A stretch of 64,000 nt of DNA from an uncultured Methanobacteriaceae archaeon (lineage in GTDB: Archaea; Methanobacteriota; Methanobacteria; Methanobacteriales; Methanobacteriaceae), in contig CAVXQG010000003.1 in NCBI GenBank assembly GCA_963763925.1, positions 114,455-178,454 on the forward strand, given 5' to 3'. Positions 57,123 through 64,000 of the stretch are shown here, piece by piece. Below the pieces are notes generated by a model. It saw nothing but the letters and a program-made list of their open reading frames with translations. It made no database searches and was not told the origin of the DNA. A program made the translations under genes and the position numbers. Position 1 is the first letter of the stretch. Each line of letters starts with the position of its first letter.

Positions 57123-57650
57123 ATGAAAAATAATAAAAACGAACTAATAAAATTATTGAAAGATAACCAAGTTGTGAAATATGGGAAATTCACTCTATCA
57201 TCAGGTAAAGAAAGTAATTATTACGTGGATATGAAAAGAGCCATAACAGATCCAACTATTCTCTCTAAAGTAGCTGAAATTATATCCAAAAAAATTGATA
57301 CACTTAAAATCGATAGGGTTGCAGGCCCAGCTCTTGGTGCTATACCTATTGTAACAGCGGTTTCAATTGAATCTACAATTCCAATGCTTATGATAAGAAA
57401 GTCTAAAAAAGATTATGGAACATCTGAATTAATAGAAGGAGACCTTAAAGAGGGTGATCGAGTTATTGTTCTTGAAGATGTTACAACAACCGGTAATTCA
57501 CTAATAAAGGCTGTTAAAGCAGTAATATCTAATGGGGGAATAGTGGAAAAAGCCTATGTAATTGTTGATAGAGATGAAGGTGCAATATCCAATCTTAAAG
57601 ATGAAGGGATAGATTTAGAACCTATTGTTTCTGTAAATGATTTTATGTAA
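57123..57650 (+). CDS. pyrE: Orotate phosphoribosyltransferase
   Basis: [33 protein letters not shown]. Confidence 0.95.
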   Translation: MKNNKNELIKLLKDNQVVKYGKFTLSSGKESNYYVDMKRAITDPTILSKVAEIISKKIDTLKIDRVAGPALGAIPIVTAVSIESTIPMLMIRKSKKDYGTSELIEGDLKEGDRVIVLEDVTTTGNSLIKAVKAVISNGGIVEKAYVIVDRDEGAISNLKDEGIDLEPIVSVNDFM

Positions 57651-57717
57651 ATTTTTTTTATTATATATATAAGGATCTGGAGAATTAAAAAAAATATAGA
57701 TATAAATTAGATTTTAA

Positions 57718-58224
57718 CTATTCATGCAAATGCTTAACAAGATGTCCCAACTCGGAGGATATAATATTTAAGCCAGTTTGGACAGCATTAGGACTACCTG
57801 GCATTGAAATTATGATAGTGCCTTTATAAACTCCTGCTGTGGCTCTGCTTAATATAGCTCCTGTACCAATTTCTTTATAAGATTCGTATCTAAATATTTC
57901 TCCAAAACCATTCAACTCCTTTTCAAAGATGGGTTTTAAAGTTTCAATTGTAATATCCCTATCTCCGATACCTGTACCTCCTGTAGTGAGTATTACATCC
58001 ACATCTTGCTCTTTTATATCTGCTACTGTGGAAAGTAGAAGTTCTGAATTATCAGGAATCACAGTATAAAATACAAGTTCATGTTCATTTTTTAAAGTAT
58101 CAACAATGAGGTTGCCTGATAGATCAGTGGTTTTAGATTCTAAAAAATCTCTGTATTTACTGTCGCTTAATGTAATAACACCAAATTTTATAGATTTAGG
58201 CGACTTTTCTTTATGTTCTTCCAT
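57718..58224 (-). CDS. moaB: Molybdenum cofactor biosynthesis protein MoaB/MogA
   Basis: VITLSD, TTGGTGIGDRDIT.E, LSRA.AG, MPGSPNAV. Confidence 0.9.
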   Translation of the reverse strand: MEEHKEKSPKSIKFGVITLSDSKYRDFLESKTTDLSGNLIVDTLKNEHELVFYTVIPDNSELLLSTVADIKEQDVDVILTTGGTGIGDRDITIETLKPIFEKELNGFGEIFRYESYKEIGTGAILSRATAGVYKGTIIISMPGSPNAVQTGLNIISSELGHLVKHLHE

Positions 58225-58456
58225 ACTCTTACTTTTTATAGGATCACTCCCATTTTTTTAAAGATATTATTATACACTTATTTAACAATTAATATGCTTA
58301 TATTGAATATTCAATTGTTTAATTTAATAGAACTTGATTATGACTTATCTAAACTTTTTAAAATAAATAAGATAAAAATTTATTAATAAAACGATGTCAA
58401 ATCCCTATAAATCCGGAAAAAATCGTTATTGATGACAATTAGTATCCTTATTGTAA

Positions 58457-58538
58457 GAGGGAGGGCATTAGGTCCAAATCGGAGGCGGTTAATTTTTTTG
58501 CGAAAAAAATTAAGAGGAGTCTAATTATACCCTCCCTC
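58457..58538. ncRNA. Candidate structured RNA or cis-element (unclassified)
   Basis: Outer stem GAGGGAGGG/CCCTCCCTC, second stem ATTAG/CTAAT, inner 11-bp hairpin TTAATTTTTTT-GCG-AAAAAAATTAA, within an AT-rich intergenic region. Confidence 0.35.
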
Positions 58539-58739
58539 ATGGGTGATTTTTGTTTTTTATAACATAAAAGCTTTTGCACATCGGCCGTTAAAATTATAAA
58601 AAGAGTTATTCACATTCCAATATCCAAAATAAAGGATTAAAATTAGGGTTTTTTGATTTTATTAATCATGTTTAAATTTTTTATTTTTCATTATTCACAA
58701 ATCAATTTATAATATATAAAATTAAAATTAATTAATTGT

Positions 58740-59261
58740 ATGAGTGATAGAGTTTATGTTCTCGATGCATCTGCAATTATAGGAGGATTTTCCTCGAAAA
58801 AATTTCAGAATTATATTACAGCTTCGGTAATGGTAGAGGTTAAAGACTTTAAATCTAAATTATTCCTTGAATCAACAATTGAAGATGGTACAATCACTAT
58901 ATTGGAACCTGAATCAGTGGATATTAAAAATGTTACAACTGTGATAAGAAAATCTGGAGATGTATTAAGATTATCTGAGGAAGATAAAAACTTAGTTGCA
59001 CTTGCATTTAAACTTAAAAGAGAAAATAATGATCCTATGGTTGTTACGGATGATTATTCTATGCAAAATGTTTTGAAAATTGTTGGAATACCCTTTAGAA
59101 GTGTTTTAACAGAGGGTATTACTGAGATATATGGTTGGATCAAGATCTGTAAGGGTTGTAAGAAAAAATACCCTCCGGAATATGCCTACGATGAATGTGA
59201 AATATGCGGTACACGTATCATAAAGAGAAGGATCAAAAAAAAAGCAATTAACAAACAATAA
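58740..59261 (+). CDS. nob1: Nob1-family PIN endonuclease (rRNA maturation) with zinc ribbon
   Basis: VLDASA, LS.ED, TDDYSMQNV, CKGC...CEICG. Confidence 0.9.
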   Translation: MSDRVYVLDASAIIGGFSSKKFQNYITASVMVEVKDFKSKLFLESTIEDGTITILEPESVDIKNVTTVIRKSGDVLRLSEEDKNLVALAFKLKRENNDPMVVTDDYSMQNVLKIVGIPFRSVLTEGITEIYGWIKICKGCKKKYPPEYAYDECEICGTRIIKRRIKKKAINKQ

Positions 59262-59472
59262 TATTAATCATATTCTATATATCTCTATTTTGTATTCCTG
59301 ACTATATTAAATTCTAATTTTTTATATTAACCAATAATATCGTGTAAATAACTGATTTGTAGTCTACACGATGAATTGTTGATTAACAGGATTCATAAAT
59401 TAAGATTCTAAATTTGTTATTGAAGTTCTTAAGAAGATATGTATTTTAAAATAAATACTTGAATGGTGATTA

Positions 59473-59724
59473 ATGTTAGATTGAAAGACATATTTCATAT
59501 GTTAAACCCGGGTCATCAAAATTTGGGCTAGTTATGATGGTCCTATAGAACATTTAAAAGTACGTGAAGAAATGGAAAGACTAGATTTTACAAACCTAAA
59601 TTCACTAGAGGGAAATACAAGAAATAATGTGAGACAGCAAAAAATTGAGGCAGAATATTTATATTCACGTAATAAAACAGCTATTAAAGAAGCTAAACTA
59701 GTTGAATTAAGATCATGCGGCTGA
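59473..59724 (+). pseudogene. Possible degraded small gene with two in-frame stops
   Basis: GGTGAT RBS plus ATG, then MLD*KTYFIC*TRVIKIWASYDGPIEHLKVREEMERLDF...ELRSCG*, with 72 open codons after the second stop. Confidence 0.4.
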
Positions 59725-60028
59725 TTGATAAATTTATTGAATACAGTTTCTTTAGAATGAATAATTTTATGTAACCCGAATTTAAACCGTGTAAAATTAA
59801 TTGAAAATAAGCCCATGGAAATCATTTATACTAGTTTCATGTCTCTATAAAACATCTAATTAAATTGATAATTATCCTGTTAAGGGTTATTAGATACATT
59901 TTTAAATAGAATACTTGAAAGATTTTTTTTCTTAAATACTAAAATATATTAAATGTTCATGATACAATTAAGAACTAAGAACTAAAATGTGCAAAAAAAC
60001 AATCAATAGACAAAAAAATCATCAGAAA

Positions 60029-61156
60029 ATGAGAATAGGTGTGGTTGTTCATGGACCCCAGATAGTTGATACTGGTTTTGCTCGGAAGATATTAGGTCTT
60101 CTTAAAAATTACGGGGTTGTAAAAGCAAGACTTGGCGGTACAATGGGCCGAACTGCTGTTATAGATGCAAATCTAGAAGGAGCAATAGATATAAGCCATA
60201 AATTACTTCCTAGTCAGTCAATTGACAAAATTTCAGAAGATACTGATGTGGTTTTTCTTATAAATTATGGGAAGTCCAGTGTTACAGGACATGCATTTGG
60301 ATACAAGGTCTATAACAGGTGCATAAGTAATCCTAATTTAATACAGATTGAAAGACCAGGAGAGCCAGATGGTACAATCATACCATGGAATTCCAATCAA
60401 ACAGATCTAGCAGATGCTTTGGCTAAAGATTTGAAATTAAATGTTATGAATCCCACAAAAGTAGAAGAAAGTGTAGATACTAACTGTATATTACATCTAA
60501 CCGAAAAAAAATCTATTGTATATCGAAAAATTGCAGGCGTATCTGTAGACGAGAACATATTTTTAAATGGTATAGTTGTTGGAAGGTCAACTTCACAAGA
60601 TGTGACTCTGGTTGCTGAAAATGGAATTTTAACCCAGATATTAGGTGGAATAATCAAGGAACACGGTGTTGAAAAGCTTGGTACTATAGATTTGGACGTG
60701 GCAGTGGTTAAAACCGGATTGTTAAGACGATCCAAGATAAAACCAAGGATTATCGATAGAAACATTGAAATTTTAAATAAACACAGTAAACTAAATATTT
60801 CATATTTAAACCATGCTGCAGAAGATATCTATAAATTAAAAGATTCAGATCTAGTTGTTACTGTTGGAGATGATACAACACTAGTTGCAGCCGACATACT
60901 ATACCGATTTAGGGTTCCAATAATAGGAATTACAGATGGAGATCTGGACAGGGTAGTTGAAGAAGGATTTAGAACTGTTGGCTCAATGATTGTAGAGCTG
61001 GAAAGTGGTTATGACGATATTATCGGTAAAAAAATATTTTCAGAACTATTTAATGGAAAACAAACCATGGAAATAGAAAATATAGAAAATTTTAAAAGTA
61101 AAATAATACAAATCATAAGCAACACAACCAGCAATTATAATTTAAAACATAATTAA
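60029..61156 (+). CDS. DUF2117-family methanogen protein
   Basis: [40 protein letters not shown]. Confidence 0.75.
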   Translation: MRIGVVVHGPQIVDTGFARKILGLLKNYGVVKARLGGTMGRTAVIDANLEGAIDISHKLLPSQSIDKISEDTDVVFLINYGKSSVTGHAFGYKVYNRCISNPNLIQIERPGEPDGTIIPWNSNQTDLADALAKDLKLNVMNPTKVEESVDTNCILHLTEKKSIVYRKIAGVSVDENIFLNGIVVGRSTSQDVTLVAENGILTQILGGIIKEHGVEKLGTIDLDVAVVKTGLLRRSKIKPRIIDRNIEILNKHSKLNISYLNHAAEDIYKLKDSDLVVTVGDDTTLVAADILYRFRVPIIGITDGDLDRVVEEGFRTVGSMIVELESGYDDIIGKKIFSELFNGKQTMEIENIENFKSKIIQIISNTTSNYNLKHN

Positions 61157-61185
61157 GTTTAATTTAATTTACGAGGGGTGTAGAT

Positions 61186-62178
61186 TTGGATTTAAATGCT
61201 CTTGTTAATTCTATAAGAAATTATGATGGTATAACCCGTAAAAATTTTATTAGGGAAGCCACATCAATACTAGATGATACTTATAATATTTCAGGAAGAA
61301 CAGCACTAGGATTTGGTGATGATGCTTCTGCAATTGATATTGGGAACAATAATCTTTTATTAATGGCTGCCGATGGAATGTGGGGTAGATTAATGGAAGG
61401 AGACCCACGTTGGGCAGGATATTGCTCTGTACTCGTTAATGTTAACGACATAGCTGCGATGGGCGGTGTTCCAATGGGAATGACCAACGTCATCTCAGTA
61501 AACAATCCAAGAATATGTAACGATATCATGAAAGGGATCAAGGAAGGAGTAGAAAAATTTGGAGTGCCAATGATTGGTGGTCATATCCATCCTGATACGC
61601 CCTATACAGCCCTTGATGTTTCAATAACTGGAATAGTTGGTAAGGATGATGTTATTACAAGTGCTGGTGCCAAGGTTGGAGACAATATTATAATAGCAAT
61701 GGACCTTGATGGTCAGCAGCATCCTAATTTTCCTCTAAACTGGGATACAACAACTCACAAAACACCAGAGAGTGTACAATCACAAATTTTGGTTATGAAC
61801 AGTATTGCAAGGAAACATCTTCTAACAGCAGGTAAAGATATAAGCAATCCGGGAATTTTAGGAACATTGGGTATGTTGTTAGAAGCTTCAGAGGTCGGGG
61901 CTCGAATTGAATTGGAAAAAATTCCTCGAAATTCTACTATAAGCTGGGAGGAATGGCTAAAAGTCTACCCTGGATCTGGTTTTGTGCTAACGGCAGAAGA
62001 TGAAAATGTTGAAGAAACCATTGAAATGCTTGAAGATGTGAGTCTAACCTCGATGGTTGCAGGCAGCATAATTGAAGAGAAAATAATGTACTTGACACAC
62101 GGTGATCAAGAAAAAATTGTTTTTGATTTTGACAACGAAATTATAATGGGTATTAAAGAGAAAATATCTAAAAATTAA
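61186..62178 (+). CDS. Methanogenesis marker protein 2 (AIR synthase/PurM-like)
   Basis: [29 protein letters not shown]. Confidence 0.88.
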   Translation: MDLNALVNSIRNYDGITRKNFIREATSILDDTYNISGRTALGFGDDASAIDIGNNNLLLMAADGMWGRLMEGDPRWAGYCSVLVNVNDIAAMGGVPMGMTNVISVNNPRICNDIMKGIKEGVEKFGVPMIGGHIHPDTPYTALDVSITGIVGKDDVITSAGAKVGDNIIIAMDLDGQQHPNFPLNWDTTTHKTPESVQSQILVMNSIARKHLLTAGKDISNPGILGTLGMLLEASEVGARIELEKIPRNSTISWEEWLKVYPGSGFVLTAEDENVEETIEMLEDVSLTSMVAGSIIEEKIMYLTHGDQEKIVFDFDNEIIMGIKEKISKN

Positions 62179-62203
62179 AATCTTATAAAAAGAAGGAGAT
62201 TTT

Positions 62204-63742
62204 ATGCTTGTAAAAGTCAACGGGGTTGAAATAACACTCCCAGATGGTTCTACCATAAAAGATGCTATAAATGCTTCCAATGCACCATACCGTGATGGCT
62301 GTGTATTAGGAGTTGTCAAAGGCAAAGAAGAAATTGAAAGACACGTCAACAAATACAGTTTTAAAACAACACGAGGAAGCATAATAATTGAACTTTTGCC
62401 AGACTTACCTCCTGTGCTACTTGAAACTTGGAAGAAAAAATTCAGAGAATTTGAAAATCTCAGGATACGATGGACAACCACAAATGAAGTGGCCCTCGGA
62501 CCAATAACAACCGATCTAACACCCACTCGCGAAGAACACGAATACCAAACATGGGACGTCATTTTGAGTCTTTCAGGATTTACAGCCGAAGCAACTCACA
62601 TCATATTCAGTAAAGAAAAACATAAATCTGTTTATGGGGCTCCTGAAGAAAATAAAGGTGTTTTTGCAAGGGTTGTTGGTGGAAAAAAGACGATAATGGA
62701 ACTTACAGACGATGATGTTGTAAAGAGTGTTAAACCCGTTATTGAAAGAAAGAGTATAATAAAAAGTGCTGCAATCACCAAACTAGAAACTGAAATCTTT
62801 GATGGAAATGAATTATTCACCTACGTACTTATAGAACCATCAAATAAATCCCCCAGTTCTGTTGAGCATTTATATGCACTATCAGAAAACGGTGAACTCA
62901 CCGTGGACTATGAATCAGATTCATTTGTAGGATTTTATGGTTTACAAGGACTTGAAAAAGAACCGGAAAAAATAGAACAAAGAAGAAGGGGCACAGTCAC
63001 ACTCAGAAATAAGGGAATTGGTATTGGTCGTATTTATGTTTACAGAGAAGACAGAGTCTCAACACCTTCACATACAGTTATAGGTCATATTACTAAGGGA
63101 ATACAACTTATGGACATCGCAGGTAAAGGCGATAAAATAACCGTTCAAACTATTCCACAGAGAATAATGACACTTGGATTAAAACAAAAAGAAGCACATG
63201 AATTTTTAAAGTCCCGTGGAATCGAACAGATCAGGGAAGGATCCCAAGATGATGATGCTATAGTTGTAACACAGGATCCAAAGTACACAATGGAAATTAT
63301 AGACCAAAAACAGGTTAAAACAACAGGTGTACCCGATAATAAGATTGTATATATAGAAATCTATGATAAAGCCCCTAGATCTGCATGGTACTTACAGAAA
63401 ATTACAGGACTCCTAGATTCACCTGTTGGATCTTTAGATGTATTATTTGCATTTCCTGGAATGAAGGTTATGATGTTTAAGGGAAATCCAAAAGAATCTA
63501 AGAACTTAATTCCAGAAAATATTCCTATCGGTTGTGTAAAAGCAGGAGAAATAGGAGTAACCAACATGTCAAGAAGACAGATAGGTGTTGTTGGTATAAG
63601 ATTTGAAAATAACGATGAATTTGGCCCAACGGGTGAACCATTCCAAGGCACAAATATAGTGGGTAAAGTTGTTGAAGGAATTGAAAATCTTGAAAAATTC
63701 AAGGAAGGAGATAAAGTTTATGTCGCTAGAAGAAAGTTCTAA
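62204..63742 (+). CDS. Methanogenesis marker protein 3
   Basis: [39 protein letters not shown]. Lies between markers 2 and 6. Confidence 0.88.
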   Translation: MLVKVNGVEITLPDGSTIKDAINASNAPYRDGCVLGVVKGKEEIERHVNKYSFKTTRGSIIIELLPDLPPVLLETWKKKFREFENLRIRWTTTNEVALGPITTDLTPTREEHEYQTWDVILSLSGFTAEATHIIFSKEKHKSVYGAPEENKGVFARVVGGKKTIMELTDDDVVKSVKPVIERKSIIKSAAITKLETEIFDGNELFTYVLIEPSNKSPSSVEHLYALSENGELTVDYESDSFVGFYGLQGLEKEPEKIEQRRRGTVTLRNKGIGIGRIYVYREDRVSTPSHTVIGHITKGIQLMDIAGKGDKITVQTIPQRIMTLGLKQKEAHEFLKSRGIEQIREGSQDDDAIVVTQDPKYTMEIIDQKQVKTTGVPDNKIVYIEIYDKAPRSAWYLQKITGLLDSPVGSLDVLFAFPGMKVMMFKGNPKESKNLIPENIPIGCVKAGEIGVTNMSRRQIGVVGIRFENNDEFGPTGEPFQGTNIVGKVVEGIENLEKFKEGDKVYVARRKF

Positions 63743-64000
63743 AGTAACTCGTATGATTATCTTAGGACCCGCTGCAAATATAAGCCAACCAGAACTTATA
63801 AGAAAACTTCACATGATGGAACTTCCACTTACTATAAAATCAACATGTTACGGTGCGGTTGTTAATGGTGAAGAATCTGTTGTTAACAAAGCCGTTGAAG
63901 ATGCTAGAAAACTAGATTACTGTAACATATTTACCAAAGATAGAGGATTTCCTCCAGGTGATCCTAGAAGATGTAGAGCTAAAAGGGGCGGTGCAAGGGA
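63720..64000 (+). CDS. Methanogenesis marker protein 6 (partial, runs off window end)
   Basis: Manual translation: [17 protein letters not shown]...IKSTCYGA...[21 protein letters not shown]. Confidence 0.85.
   Translation, partial: MSLEESSKVTRMIILGPAANISQPELIRKLHMMELPLTIKSTCYGAVVNGEESVVNKAVEDARKLDYCNIFTKDRGFPPGDPRRCRAKRGGAR

Noticed and set aside
58457-58538. Assigning the structured element to the Moco riboswitch or to H/ACA RNAs
   Set aside because: Only a short GCCTCC..TTTGG resemblance to Moco RNA, and no clear K-turn for H/ACA. It cannot be classified without covariance models, so it is left unclassified.
58448-58540. 30-codon minus-strand ORF (MREGIIRLLL...) spanning the structured element
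   Set aside because: No RBS, and the sequence is better explained by the base-pairing pattern.
292-63702. Many 60-200 aa ORFs antisense to or overlapping recognised genes (e.g. 23268..23855, 37366..38010, 62044..62562, 48368..48877)
   Set aside because: They are shadow ORFs with Ser/Phe/Ile-rich composition mirroring the real coding strand, and show no recognisable motifs.
1-64000. CRISPR arrays, tRNA/rRNA genes, IS elements, integrases, defence systems
   Set aside because: I saw no regularly spaced repeats, cloverleaf or rRNA-like GC-rich tracts, or transposase/recombinase ORFs. The PIN proteins are explained as HARP and Nob1 rather than toxins.

Overview
Low-GC, gene-dense archaeal chromosome segment from a hydrogenotrophic methanogen, most likely Methanobacterium or another member of Methanobacteriales. 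This rests on methanogenesis markers 2/3/6, TfrB, IorAB, archaeal RFC, GlyRS and HMG-CoA reductase, a Methanobacteriales-type SepF and GGTGA-type RBSs. Most genes are housekeeping (hisS, aroE, aroD, hmgA, sucD, rfcSL, rnz, nadC, glyS, dcd, pyrE, feoB, nob1). I found no rRNA, tRNA, CRISPR array or mobile element. Notable items: (1) a coupled ferredoxin / V4R-domain / [NiFe]-hydrogenase (MvhG- and MvhA-like) operon with no MvhD, a possible sensory or ferredoxin-linked hydrogenase, followed by a long Roadblock protein; (2) a Roadblock / DUF1611 / SepF / DUF2226 / tandem MinD cluster in which one MinD has a K-to-R Walker A; (3) a histone-fold protein with a very acidic N-terminal tail; (4) a GC-rich structured intergenic element between moaB and nob1; (5) a Met-rich small protein and a 4xCxxC microprotein; (6) five genes each broken by one extra base, most simply explained as sequencing error. 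All family calls come from motif recognition by eye; no database searches were run.
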